The translations under genes and the position numbers were made by a program. 64,000 bases of DNA, taken from positions 9,364,001 to 9,428,000 of the forward strand of contig NC_087437.1 of NCBI RefSeq assembly GCF_036321535.1, in the 5' to 3' direction. Positions within the stretch are counted from its first letter, which is position 1. Every line of letters begins with the position of its first letter. The notes under the pieces are model-generated. The model searched no databases, had not been told where the DNA came from, and was given only the letters and a program-made list of their open reading frames with translations. This stretch comes from Camelus dromedarius (Eukaryota). Shown piece after piece: positions 39,740-52,679 of the stretch.

Positions 39740-40140
39740 CTCTTTTCCCCTCTCTGTGTACTCTCATATTCTCCAGTCTTTTCTATGCCCTGAGAGGCTA
39801 ACCTATGCAGAATCCACCCACAGGCTCCTTCGTTTTCTAGCTTCTGGTGGCTTTGGTCATTGGGAAGTGACAAGTGATCTGAAGGCAGAACGAGTTTTAA
39901 GTATGGGCTTTTATTCCCTGATGGGTCTCCACTGACTTTCCATGTCCCTCTATCAAAACCCCCTACGAGGCAGCACTGCCCACACAGTTCAAAGATGACC
40001 ATTCTCCTTGTACACGGCACTGCACAGTTTTGGTTTCCTTAAATCCTACCCAGCATTTGTAAATAGTCCTTTTACTAAGCTCCTCACGATGACGCAGATT
40101 TAGTGTGCCATCTGCTTCTTGTTGAACCCCTGACTGTCAA
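39740..40140 (+). mobile_element. ERVL solo LTR, LTR33-like
   Basis: 3' end tttgtaaatagtccttttactaagctcctca...tgtgccatctgcttc...ccctgactg. Confidence 0.75.
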
Positions 40141-41087
40141 TAACCATCTGTAAAATAGACTATTTAGATGACAAAGAATTTACTGCAGCCTTACAAAAGT
40201 AGCTTATGCTATGTACCCTCTCATGAAAAAATCTCGGACACACATCCTCCTGTGTAAAGACAGTACTGTAGACAGTCCTTTTTCCTGCTGGTCCAGAGGC
40301 TCCAGGCTGGTGAGTTGGCCAAATCTGTTATTTGTAGCTCCTCCTCTTTCTGACCTCTGGCATAAACTGAACCCAGCCACTTCCGCAGCAATTAGCCACT
40401 ACTCCTGCTTGGCCAACTCACATCACTTCGTTCCCTAAGCCGGACACCCGCCGGTGCTGTGAAGGTACACCTTTCAGGTCACTGCACATGCCGAACTCCC
40501 CTCAGGCTCCGTGCCCTGTGCACTGCACCATCTGTCACTGGTGCCCATACCTGCCCTCCTGTGGCTCTACCTGCTCAGGTCTCTTACTAGCCCAAACCCT
40601 GAAAAGAAACTGTGCACCGTTTCTCCATATGCAGTTAAAATAAAAACAATACTCAACCATAAAAGATGAAATGCATGTACATGGAAATTAGAATAGAGTT
40701 TTCTAGGGTTTCCAATTTCATATAAGTTCCCTGGGACCAAACGGTCCTTATTTTTGAGGTGACATTGCATAGCTTTTTAAATTCAGTTTGTGGTTGGTTT
40801 GCCTACTCAGTCACCCATCGATGTTCCCTTCTGTTCTACAAGATTCTACTCAAGTGCAATTTCCTACCAAAAGCCAACACTAAAGCCTAGACTCCAGATT
40901 AAGAGCCCTACTTCCTGGGTGCCTGGCAGACAACGTGTGTTCTTCCAGCAGAGTTCTGAGCTCACTTTACTGTCACCACTGGGTTACCTGTCTTCCTCCT
41001 AAGTGTCACTCTTCACTCTTTATCCTCTTTCCCTCCTTACTTTATTTTATCTCACAGTCTTTATCGACATCTGATATTATTTATTTA

Positions 41088-41176
41088 CTGAATGTATGTA
41101 TTTATACATGACATGACGCCACACACCAGAAATTGACACATTATAAACTGACGATACTTCAATAAAAAAAAAAAAA
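41088..41176 (+). mobile_element. Very short L1 3' end with poly(A)
   Basis: acaccagaaattgacacattataaactgacgatacttcaataaaaaaaaaaaaa, same terminus as the L1s at 7.6 and 9.4 kb. Confidence 0.85.
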
Positions 41177-42506
41177 GAATTAGAACCTAATTTGAAACTT
41201 TATCACAAGTAAATTTTAATGTGCTAAAAATTCAGTGATCTCCAGGATCCCGCGACCTTCAATCAGTTTGCAATCTGGTTCTCCCTCCTAAGTGGACAAG
41301 GGAGTGGCGGCACAGAACATAAAGGTCATGCTGCCAACCTCTTCACTGTACAGCAGAGGAAATTAGGGTGAGGGAATCAGACCTGCCAGAGGTCATGTAA
41401 GGGCAGAGCTAGAAGCAGAACCCACTCGGCGCTCCACCGCCTCCATCTGCCCCCTCAGATCCACACGCTCCCTCGTGCCCTCCTGTGGTCCAGCCCCTTT
41501 GCACTAGATGCGGACCCTGCTCTTCCACTCACACATTTCAGTCTGACTCTGTAGACGGCCCAGTGCTTCCCCCACAGCAGTACTCAGTGGTTCGGTTCCT
41601 GCCGCTCCCACCCCAAGCCCTGGTTGCCAAAGCCTCAGCCTGGGACTTGTGCCCAGATGAGCTCAGTCACCCGAGAGAGAGCCTAACTTGACCAGTGATG
41701 GAGAAGGTGGGGGTGGGAAGTGGAAATTTACCATCGCGCACCCTGCGGAACCTCTGATGCACTGCTTTGCCCCCTCCAAGGGTCTAACTCACTTCCACAT
41801 GACTTGTCCTTATTAAAATAGTGACTCAGTGGTGACAGGACTAGAAATGAGTGAGAAATCGCCTTACTTTTGCCACAGGACAAAAACAAAACAGACTCCC
41901 AGAGGGCCACGTAACCTTACATGATTATGCTTTGACTTATCACAAAGCTCCTTGTCATGCAATCCACTTTTTTCTTTTCTTTTCCAACAGTGTGATTGAG
42001 ATTGTGAGTTCATGTAATATACAATCCATCCCTTTAAAAACAAGCAACTTCTGAGAGCTCACTTCTAACTTCTTATATTGGGGTCAGTGGAAGACCACAT
42101 ATTTCTACAAAAAGGTATTATCTTTTGATGGAAAAGCGTGGCCAGAAATTAATTCTGCGTGAGTGACAGCATATTCAGGACTTGAGGAAACAAAAAAGAA
42201 GATTCTCTGCCTCTTTTTGAAGCTATTGCTGGCACCTTGACTAGAGGCAGAACTTGGGGCCCTAGGGAAATGTTTTCAAATTCATGTCCTAATTTTAGGT
42301 TTATCGTCTTATCATCAGAAGCGATCATGGACCAGTAGGGCTTATCTAGTTTCTAATCTTTTTAGATGTCAAAGAGTTAATTATAATATGACCGATAACC
42401 AGAAACCTATTGTTCTGCATGTACCTTGTGCCAGGAAGGCAACTGTGGGCTTCGCAGGGTCAAATCCCCAGTATTCCACTTCAGAGGGAGGAGTATTTAC
42501 ATAAGT

Positions 42507-42690
42507 AGGTGATAGATAGATAAATAATGGGTTAGATAGATAAACAGATAGATAGATGGATGGATGGATGCATGGATAGACAGACAGACAGATGGACAGG
42601 TAGAAAGACGGATGGATGGATGGATGGATAGATAGATAGACAGATATCAAGATGGATAGATAACAGTGACAGATAGACACTAATATAGAT
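42507..42690. repeat. Compound (GATA)n/(GGAT)n/(GACA)n microsatellite
   Basis: Directly visible tetranucleotide units. Confidence 0.95.
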
Positions 42691-44667
42691 TCTAACACCA
42701 GAGACAAAACCAGGTTTCGACAGCTGACAGCTTATTTTTCCCCTCCTCCTTTAGTGGCTGCCTCAGCCTGTATTCCTCAGTATGTGTAGACACATCCACA
42801 GAGACAATTTGAAAAGTTTGATAAAAATCAAAGTTCAAAGGCTTTGATTAGCTTTCCTAGAGTAAAACAGAAGTGCGATGCAAACCTGAGTGGGCCTTAT
42901 TTGCCAAGAGTATTTGTTTTTATTTAAAGAAAAATGGAGCAAGCTGATGATCTGAATCCCACTGCCGGGGGAGAGAGATGTGTAGCTAAATAGTTATTAT
43001 TCTTTTTAATAACTGCTATTTAGACTGGGTTCATTATGTGACTTACAAATCACATTACCTTTATTACAGTCACTTAAAATATTCAACATGAAACACAACT
43101 TCGAACGCTTGATTTACTATAAATTGTGCACAGGTGTGGGGCTGTTTACAGACCTCTGATATAGTAGGAAGTCAAGCTTTCATTTCTATTTCATGGTGCA
43201 GTAAGTACCGTTTAATTCTGAAATGTTAGGACCATTACAAGAAGGCTTTAAATAAGAAGCAATTGTCAGTGCAGATCATCTTTAAGATTCAACCACCATC
43301 ATGACACCTCCTAAGTACACTGCAAATGCTTGTTTGTTAGAACCTTGAAAAGGAAAACCCTTTACATATAGAAAACATTTAACCCCCAATGCTCCAGAGA
43401 GAAAAAAAAGACTGCAGATGAGAGGAGCGTATGCTAATCTGGGTAAAACCTACAATGGGCTCCCTTGGGAGACCCGCATTTGGAAAGGACATGGCCAGCC
43501 GAGCTGAGCACAGCTATAAATTTCTTCTGAAGGTGAGACCATCTGAGAAAGTACTGGTCTCTTTAACTGTGTCTTGGTTAACGTTTCCACTTAGTAACAT
43601 TCAGTCCCTCATCAGCCCTCCGAGACAGGGGAAGAAAACACAAATTTTAGAAGATGACAGATCAGCTCTTTAAAATTTTAAAAGATGAGAAATGAGTTAG
43701 TAGGATTATATATGTGTGCCTGGGCTTAAATGACCCAAAGTCACTTATTTCATGGTGATGTGGAGGAGCTCCGGGCTGGGAACAGACAGCTGGCTTTTAG
43801 CGCTGGCTCTGGTACTAAATGCATGTGGAACCTTGGAAAGCAACCACCCCTCTGTGATTCAGTTTCCACATCTGTCAAAGGAACAGCTGGACTTCCCCTT
43901 AACTCCCAAATTCATGAGAAATTCCAATGTGGGGCCAAAGCTCCTGAGTATCAGCTTAAAAGCATTGGTGATTATAAAGTGAAAAAGAAAAAAGAAAGCC
44001 ACCTGGGGTTAACTTTGGTTACTGTTAGCAACGTGGGCAGCAGCAGTAAACAGAAAACTTACTATGTTCTAGGCACTGAGCTAAGAATTTTGCAAGCTTA
44101 TGCAATGCTTATAACATCGCTATGAGGAAGCCTTTATTTCCTCTAGGGAAGGGACAGTAACTTACCCCGGATGGCACCTCCTAAGTGGCAGAAATAGGAT
44201 ATAAACCCGGGTAAACCCAGGTTTCTTGGCTTAATGCTACTGCTCTAAATTACTAACACCTTCTCATGTAGTGGGGATTCCTGAATGTTCCAACCCATCT
44301 CTTTGCCTCCTCCCATCCATGAACATTTAAGCCATATTCGTATTTTACCAGTTTTCTTCAAGAAATTGTTCATTCCAAGTCCCAGAGGATGGAAATATTT
44401 TGATATTCATGTTTTATATTACTTAGAAATTTTTTAAAAGATGCTTTTACCCCTTCATTTGCATTTCATTTTTTGTGTCATTGATTTTTTGGTATTAAAT
44501 GTTAAAAATTATTTTATCAGAGAATATGGTTTGAGTCCCTTCAATTCTAGCATTTATATTTCATCACCAACTATTATTAAAAAATACATTTAATTGTATA
44601 AGAATTTCAACTGATCTGTGTCAATAACAGTTTATATTGGCTCTTTTCTCTTTTTACAATAAACTGT

Positions 44668-44831
44668 TTTGGGTTTTGTTTTTTTTTTTTAATTTTTTTT
44701 TTTTTGAGGGGAGGGAGTTAACTAGGTTTATTTATTTACTTACTTAATTAATTTAACGGAGGTACTGGGGATTGAACCCAGGACCTCATGCATGCTTAGC
44801 ACACACTCTACCCCTGAGCTATACCCTCCCC
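44668..44831 (-). mobile_element. tRNA-Ala-derived SINE (Vic-1 type)
   Basis: T tail then ggaggtactggggattgaacccaggacctcatgcatgcttagcacacactctacccctgagctataccctcccc. Confidence 0.92.
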
Positions 44832-45639
44832 ATATAATTATTTAATTAAGCCAATGATTAAAACATCTGGAGTGTGTTACACACAAACACACACAGAGTC
44901 ATACACACACACAGCAACATATGGATCAGAATGGCCTCCTAGGACTTACATATTACAAAGTAACTTTTCCTTGAAGGTAAAGGTTGTTTCCCAAATTTCT
45001 GTGGTAGAAGAATCCATAGTCAGAGACTTGAAACCACATGGGTAGTCTGGGATTAAAGCTGGGATTAATTCTCTTGCAGGCCCAATACTTCCTTTCATAT
45101 TTCTTAAAATAAAATATGCACAGACCACAGATGCAATGCGTGTCAGTGACACATTACACATTTTACATGACTAGTAATGGATACCCGGCTATTTATTTTT
45201 ATTTCCAGTCTCCTTCAGGATCTCACACACCTTTAGCAAGGATGATGCACGTAAATTCACTTTACTTCGACGAAGCAAGAAATACACTAAAAGGCAGGTA
45301 TACTGTGTGTTTTTTGTGTCCAACCAAATGGTCAATGCCTTTATGATTTTATGACTGAGAGTCATCTGCACAGACTTCTCACTAGTATGGTGGTCCCTGT
45401 GAGTTTCCAGAAAGCCCCTCTAACCCTCAGCTCACTTTCCATCCTCAGACACGGGGACTCTCTCAGGTAACTATTACACCCCTCCCTAGCCTTGCTTGGG
45501 AAAAAAATTAAAACAAACAAACAAAAATCTCTTCCTTTAGCCTCTTTTTCTATTCCCAAGACATCAGTTTCCTCACTTCCTGATTTTTTTTCAATAGAAA
45601 TGACTCTTGCATGATAAAACTCAAGGTTGTAAAGTTTTT

Positions 45640-45734
45640 GTAATTTTATTTTTAATGGAGGTACTGAGGATTAAACCCAGGACTTCATTCATGCTAAGCA
45701 TGCGCTCTACCATTTAGCTATACACCCTATTCCC
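45640..45734 (-). mobile_element. tRNA-Ala-derived SINE, short form
   Basis: ggaggtactgaggattaaacccagg...gcatgcgctctacca..tagctata; TSD caaggttgta(a/t)ag near 45622 and 45734. Confidence 0.9.
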
Positions 45735-48224
45735 AAGGTTGTATAGATTTTCAGAGACTTCCACATGCTAGACTTAACCAAAGGAAACTCCCACGTTATG
45801 AAGCAGGATCTCTGCCAGCTGTCCTCCAGTGAGATCCTCACCCACTGCCCCAGGGCAGCCCTTTGGCTAGTTGAGATCCTGGTCTCTCCTGTCTTACTTC
45901 TTCACATACAAGGTCACTTTAATCCCCAGATTTCAAACCTACAGTGTTTGTACTGCCTGTGACATCTTCACATCTGCTTGGTTTAAACCACCAGGAAATG
46001 ATGTTATTTTAAATAACAGAAACATACAGATTTAAGGAAGAGACTTCTCAATAATGTGTACACTCCTGCAAAATTCTATGCGATAAAACTTCGACTTTGG
46101 AGAAATTTTTATAAACATCGGAATCCAATGTGAAATTTTCATGCAGAAGGAAAGGAAATGAAAAGAGAGCATATGAAGATTATTCAGGTTTGCAAATACA
46201 TAAGCTCTTGAAAACATGGATTTTACTATTGTCTAAATACATAAGACCTGTTAGCTTGCCTTTATCTACTCTTAGCAAATAGAGTTTTCTTGACTTAATC
46301 CAGATGGATTTACTTCTTGAATCTATCATATCCTCCCAGCCTCTGCTGGCAGTGAATTAATTTGTTCTCTATTTATCTCCTGAAATATTGCAGTGGACTC
46401 CTAAATGTCTTTGATGCTTTCAGTCTCAACCCACCACACACAAAGACACAGACACACACTTCCTATTTTCGATTTGCCAGCAGTGTCAGATTCTCTAAAA
46501 ATAAAGATCACTTTTCCACATAAAAAGAATTTCCTTTCCCTTTCCCACCATGCTAACTTGACCAACCTTGGGGCCTCCAGGGGAGAAAAAACTAACAGTA
46601 TCCAAGCGCATAAAGTAAGATGGCGCCTCTGTTTCACTGCCAGACATCAAGGGCACGTCTACACACGTGGGATACTAATCATTTCCCAAAGGCCCCAGGG
46701 ACTCCCCCAGCAGAGCACAAGGACGTCCCATTCTAGAGAAAGGTTGGCCCCACTACAGGCCTATGTTGGTCCATAGCCCCAGAGCCAAGCGGCAGCCCCC
46801 AAGCTGTGTGTGCTCCTGCGAACCTCTTCTGGGACATCTCCTTTCATGGTCTCGGCACTGAGAGCACTGCTTCCTCTGTGTCCTCTCATGTGGCAGCTGT
46901 TTTCTCTTCCACCCTCCTTGTACCACTGGGCATGGAGGCGGAGTACACATTCTCCTTATCACCATCCCCTGAGCATCCTCCCTCCTCACCCTCAGCTTCA
47001 AACTCTCCCCACCACGCAGAGCCATCACTGTCACGACCACTGTTACTATCACTGCTGTCCCCAGGGTGCCGCTTGTCTTTTCTCCATGGTTTCAGCTCTT
47101 ATTTCTCTACCACTGACTCTGACTCTATTTCTGACCCACCTTGTGATGATTTCAAAATACCCATAGCCAACATGTCCAGCTACCTGGAGGCTCTGGTCTT
47201 TGGCCTCCTCTCCTCCAGCCGTCTTGTCTTCCCCTCTCCTCCAGCTACTCTTTCCCACAGTCATAGGCCAGACCCTGTCATTTACAACAACCGCAATTTC
47301 ACCATCATCTCACTTTCAAACATCCTGTCCTCCAAACCCCATTATTGACAGGTCGCTCTGATGACACCAACTCCAACAATCTTTTATCCCATGAGTACCT
47401 AGAATCTGCTGATCTTACACCTTTTCAGTCCTTCACCCTGGTCATGCTTTTCTGTCTTTACTCGCCTTAATCATTATAACACCCCCACACGCATCCTCAA
47501 GTCCCCAGCCCTTTGTGGTTTCCTTATCCCCTTGACTACATGACACTGTGACACCGTGCTTACATTTCGACTTGGCCTACTCATTGCAGGTCCACTCATG
47601 CAGCCGAACCGGGCAAGAAAAGAAATTAAATAATGCCTGCTCTCCATTTAAACCCAGGATAAGTTCAAGATCAAGTGGGCCCTTCCTGCTGCCCAGGAAA
47701 CAAATGACCTTTCCTCACTCCCTCACCCTCTCTCCTCTCCTAGGCAAATATTTTATTTTTCCTCCTTCCTCCTGAAACTTCCAATACCTCTTCCCCAGCC
47801 CAGCTCTGAGCCAATGGCCTTGCTTCAAATCTCAGTGAGAAAATGGAGGCAACAAGAGATAAACACCATAACTCATCATAATCTCATCTGAGCCGATATC
47901 TGGTACCACTCCTGCTTTCTATACGTGACCTGTATCTGAGCTAATGCCAGTCTCTCCTCTTGGCCCCTGCCCTGAAGTCTGCACAGACATCACTCCTTCA
48001 CTCACCCCTCTCTCTTCTGCATCATCAAATTCCCCTCCCTACCCTCTCAGTCCTGTTCATTTACACACGTTATTATGTCTTCAAACACAAGAACAAGCCA
48101 AAAATGTTCCTGGACAAACATCCTTCTCCAGGTAACACTTAATTCTCTCCTTCCATTTACAGCAAAGCTCCCTGAGAGGGTTGTATATAATTACTGTCTC
48201 CAAAATCCCTGTTCCCATTCTCTC

Positions 48225-48699
48225 TTATTATTTTTATTATTTTTTTTATTAAAGTGTAGTTGATTTACAATGTTAGTTTCAGGTGTACAGCAAAATGATT
48301 CAGTTATATATTTACATATATATATAAATAAGTACATATTTTCTCTTCAGATTCTTTTCCAGTATAGCTTATTAAAAGAAACTGAATATAGTTCCCTGTG
48401 CTAAACAGTAGGTCCTTGTTGTTTTATCTATTTTATATATAGTAGTGTGTGTCTGTTAATCCCCACCCTTAATTGACCCCTCCCCCACCCTTTTCTCTTT
48501 GGTAACCATAGTTTGTTTTCTGTCTGTGAGTCTATTTTTGGTTTGTAAATAGAATTTATAGCATTTTTTTTTTAGATTCCACATATAAGTGATATCATAT
48601 GATATGACTTTCTCTGTCTGACTTACTTCACTTAGTATGATCATCTCTAGGTCCATGCATGTTGCTACAAATGACATTATTTCATTCTTTTCTTTATAG
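48225..48699 (-). mobile_element. 5'-truncated L1 inserted in the L2
   Basis: ORF 48456-48740 (-) KNEIMSFVATCMDLEMIILSEVSQTEK, 3'UTR and T-rich tail; ctctta on both sides. Confidence 0.93.
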
Positions 48700-49583
48700 C
48701 TCTTAATCCTACCGCAACCAAGTCTTCGCCCACACCACACTCTAGAAACTTCTCTTGCTCAGACCACTAAAGACAATGTCCAGTCCTTGTGTCACTTGAC
48801 CTACTGAACCCTCCACTTTGGATTTTAGGTGTTGGTTTTCTTCCTACTGCTCTGATTGCTCCTTCTTATTCTCCTTGGTTGGTTCAACCTCATCCTATGG
48901 CCTCTAAATGTTGAAAACCCTCAGAGTTCGGTCCTTATAATTTACTAAATTTCCATTTATAGGGTATTAATACTAATTTTATTGGCAATCTCTTCCAGTC
49001 CCATGTTTTAAATATCATCTGTATGTTGACAGCACCCACGTTTACATCTCGAGCCCAGACCTTAACACTCAGGACAACCAGCTGCCTTCTCCATGTTTCC
49101 ACTGAATATCTTACAGGCATTTCAAACTTTATATATCTGAACACAAACTCCTCTTATTTGGCCTTCAGATCTGCTCCTCTCAGCATCGTGTCTACCTCAG
49201 GAAATGGAAGCTTCATCTGTCCAGCTATCTGAGCCCCGAGACTTTCAATCACCCTCAATAGCCCACACCCTCAGCAGATCCTCTTGACTCTAGCTTTAAA
49301 ATGCACATTTCCCACCACCGCTGATGTGACCACCCCTGGTTAGTGCACTATGATGTCTTGGTTAAAATATGTTGATAGCTTCCTTATAGGGTTCGTTGCT
49401 TCCATCTGGTCCATGTTCAAGTTATTCCCAACACAGCAGCCAGAATGATACTATTTAAACACATGCCCCCTCCTCAGAAACTGTCCATTCCTTCCCATCT
49501 CACAGCAAAATCAAGAGTTTTATAATATCCCAAGCTCCCCTATACACAGTGATTACTTTATCATTTCCCTCTATGATCCCCAC

Positions 49584-50299
49584 ATTATCGAAATGCAGGT
49601 CTAGCTGCTCACTGCTTGAAAGCCAATGAGAAGAGAGACACGTGTGGTAGAAAGGAAAGTCTGCTTTATTCCAAAGGCTGGAACCACCAGGGGAGAGCAG
49701 ACTCCTGTCCAAAGGCCAACTATTCCCCTTCCAACCACCACTGATCAGTGGGCAAGAGTTTTTAAAGGGGAGTTTCAGAGGTACCTATAGGCAGAGGGAG
49801 GGGGCTACACGCAGAACAGCAGGGCCAGCTCTGACAGTCACCCTGCAAATTAGTCACGTGGTGATCTGAGCAGGTGGTCTGATCAGCATCATCCTGATTG
49901 CTTTAAGTACAGGTAACCTTCAGTTCCAGGGTTCGTTTGTTCCTATTTCTTTGAGGCCAGTTCTCAGAATTGTGGCAGCTTGTCATGGCTACAGTCTGGT
50001 CAGTCATTGGGTAGTTAACTTCTTCCACCTGGTCGGGGTTTCAGTCTCTACACGACAGCTCAAAGGATATGGCTCAGAATAACTCCTTTGAGGAGGAATT
50101 AAAGGCCCTTGACTTTGCTTAATGGCTAAATTATTATTTTGTTTTGCTTGACTATTCCCTTTTGTTTCTGTATTTATTAATTTCTCTGATTAAACTTATT
50201 CTTTGACTAAAGTCTGTACAAACAAGAGGCAGGTGGAGGACATAGGGTGGCAGGGGGGCTCCATCCTGGGTGGGTCCCCTAGGGTCCTCCTTCATTTCA
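49584..50299 (-). mobile_element. ERV1 solo LTR inserted in the L2
   Basis: Minus strand begins TGAAATGAAGGAGGACCC; AATAAA at 49665-49670 (-); probable 4-bp TSD CCAC (49580-49583 and 50300-50303). Confidence 0.85.
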
Positions 50300-51153
50300 C
50301 CACCTCCACCACTCTCACCAATGAAAGCTCCCCCCCCCCCTTACAACTCTCTACCCGTCCTAACCATTCCAGCCACACTGGCCTCCCGTTATGTCTCTCA
50401 CATGTCAGGACAGCCCTCCTTCAGACCTCTTACATTCGCTGTTCCCCTTGCCTGTGATTATTTTTGTCCTTATACCTGCCTGACTTGATTCCTCAGCTTC
50501 CAAAATACATTACTCAAAGTTCACCTTTTCATTGAAACCTTCCCTGATCTGCCAACATTTTTCCTCATGCTTCTTTCCTTTATTTTTCTACGTAAAATTT
50601 TATTCCTAGATAGTTGAGGAAACATTTTACTTATTTAACTTATTTTATCTCTCTCTCCCCACTAGAACGTAAGTTCCAACAGGGCAGGGAATTTTATTTC
50701 TTTTTGTTCATTGTTTTGCCTCCAGTGCCCAGAAAAGTTTCTAGCACACAGCAAATCCTTATTAAATATTGAATGAGTAAATGTTTTCCCTGCAGCTATC
50801 ATCCGATGGAGGAAATACATGGCAAAAAAAAAAAAGTTCTTATAAATGCAATTATGCCGTTAAATGGCTTTGCCTTTTTTAATCATAAAATCATCTGGTA
50901 CATTCAAAGGAGGTTAGAATGAATGTGTACAAGAGACTATTCGGAGACCTTTTAGAATTTTCAAACTTGAAGACCATCTGTGGAGCCATGTGAGATTTTC
51001 AAGTCCCTTGTGATCACTTCTGGGATCTCCCTGCAGTCCCGATGCAGAGATTAAAACCAATGCTCCATTATTCTGTCAAAGGAATCTTTCCAAAATCTAA
51101 AGCCCTGTTATATCACGCCTCTGGCTACAATCCTTCAGGTATTACTAGGCCCA

Positions 51154-51344
51154 CAGTGGTGCTTCACAAACTTCCACCTGCCTTAGGATCACCTGGAGGA
51201 CTCCTTAAGCCACACACTGTTGGGTCTCACACCAGAGTTTCAAATTCAGTCTGTCTCAGGGGGAGGTGGAGAATCTGTATTTCAAACAACTTCTCGGGAG
51301 ATTCCATTGCTACCGGTGCTGGAGCCACATTTTTTGAACCACTG
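51154..51344 (-). mobile_element. MER5A-like DNA transposon
   Basis: cagtggt...ggatcacctggagg...gagaatctgtatttcaaacaac...tgaaccactg. Confidence 0.8.
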
Positions 51345-51711
51345 GGCTAAAATGGGAACATCTGCTCATCATATGATCTCCGCTTGAAAGCCAATACAAA
51401 GAGAGACGCATGTTGGTAGAAAAGGAATGCTTATCCACTTTTGCTCCTGACCGACCCTTCTGGGGCTCCTGCCCAGACAGTGCCACTCTGCAATTTAATC
51501 CCCCAGGGTTGATATGAATATAGTTCTTATTTGTTCTCCTGAAAAAGCTTTCTAGGGACATTCTTGGCAGCCAAGTCAGACAACTGAGTCCTGGGACCCA
51601 CTGGTGTCTGGGTCCATCAGCCAGCTGTAGCCACTAGCCAACGAGGTAGGACAGCAATGGGAGCCAGTGTTTGCCTAAGTGCCTCCTAAGTGCCTCGATG
51701 TTTGCTAAGAA

Positions 51712-52212
51712 TGTAGGAGGGAAGAACAAATCTGACTCCATGTTAGATCTGTTCCTTTGGCTCTAATCCTGTGCTCTGTTTCCTGGGCTCAGTCATGCTG
51801 GTTCTGCACCTTTTGTAAAAGAATGTTGCCTAGAGCCTGAAATACACAGGACAGCTCATTCTCAAGGCTCTGATCTTTAAGGGTAGAACACTCTTCCATT
51901 CATATAAAGATTAAAAGTTGCAGAACAGAAAATAAAATCAGGAACATGGTGACCTGATTCACATGGACAGATGCAAGGACAAAGGATTCTGACACCAAGA
52001 AGTTCGCACAACAACCAACCAAACCCCCTCCCTTTTAGTATAAAAGGAGCCTGAATTCTGACTTGAGGAAGATGGTTCTCCAGGACATTAGTCCCACATC
52101 TTCTTGGTCTGCCGGATTTCCAAATAAAGTCGTTATTCCTTGCCCCAACACCTCGTCTCCCGATTTACTGGCCTATTGTGCGGTGAGCAGAATGAGTTTG
52201 GACTCAGTAACA
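51712..52212 (+). mobile_element. ERV1 solo LTR (probably MER41-like), copy 2
   Basis: TGTAGGAGGGAAGAACAAATCTGACTCC...CTCAGTAACA; TATAAAA at 52039-52045 and AATAAA at 52123-52128. Confidence 0.9.
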
Positions 52213-52420
52213 AGTGTGTTCCTTGCGTTGCCTTATTAGATCCTTTCAAAAACTCTACAAGGCAGGTACCATTATCATCTCCATTTTATAGATGAGAAAA
52301 TGGAACCTCATCAAGATTAAGCATTGTTCTTGTAATGCAGCTTTTTAGTGGCGAAGCCTGGAATTGAACCCAGATATTCTGATTCCAGAGGCCAAAATTA
52401 TAACCAGGGTGCTACACTAC
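52213..52420 (-). mobile_element. MIR SINE (appears split by the adjacent LTR)
   Basis: aggcaggtaccattatcatctccattttatagatgagaaaatggaa...ggaattgaacccagatattctgattccagag. Confidence 0.8.
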
Positions 52421-52679
52421 CTCCTCCTAAATATGAACTCAGAAAGGAGAAAAGCTAAAACAATTAAAGCATTTCCTTCCTGACATGATTTGAGAATGTT
52501 CAGACAGAACTGGAAAATATAATTGAATTAATTGAATTAATTTTTAAAACAATTAGCATTGTGGACTGAGGTGGTATCCAAATCACTCATTTTTTTTTTC
52601 TTCTCTATAAATTGTATTTTGGCAGAAAGTTAAAAAAAAAAAAAAAGAACTTTTAAATTATTAGAAGAGGGGACTGGCT

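Larger units (their letters stand above)
46850..50782 (+). mobile_element. Long L2 LINE fossil (endonuclease region through 3' end) with nested L1 and ERV LTR
   Basis: ORF 46806-47348 contains DDFKIP...PATLSHSHRPDPVIYNN...LSSKPH, resembling decayed APE motifs GDFN / PTH..GHTLDL / SDH. L2 3' terminus near 50640-50782 (cccactagaacgtaagttcc..agggcaggga...taaatattgaatgagtaaatg). Confidence 0.8.

Noticed and set aside
42381..42707. 108-aa ORF with SIHP/LSIY-type repeats
   Set aside because: Translation of the GATA/GGAT microsatellite.
50499..50516. Possible ZNF385D first coding exon (minus strand reads M-Y-F-G)
   Set aside because: Preceded by an in-frame TGA, lacks MRNI, has no GT donor after TTT G, and lies within L2.
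30868..52212. A single 21-kb provirus bounded by the two similar LTRs
   Set aside because: No gag/pol/env or primer-binding site was seen, the interval is full of far older MIR/L2/MER elements, there is no shared TSD, and copy 2 appears to interrupt a MIR.
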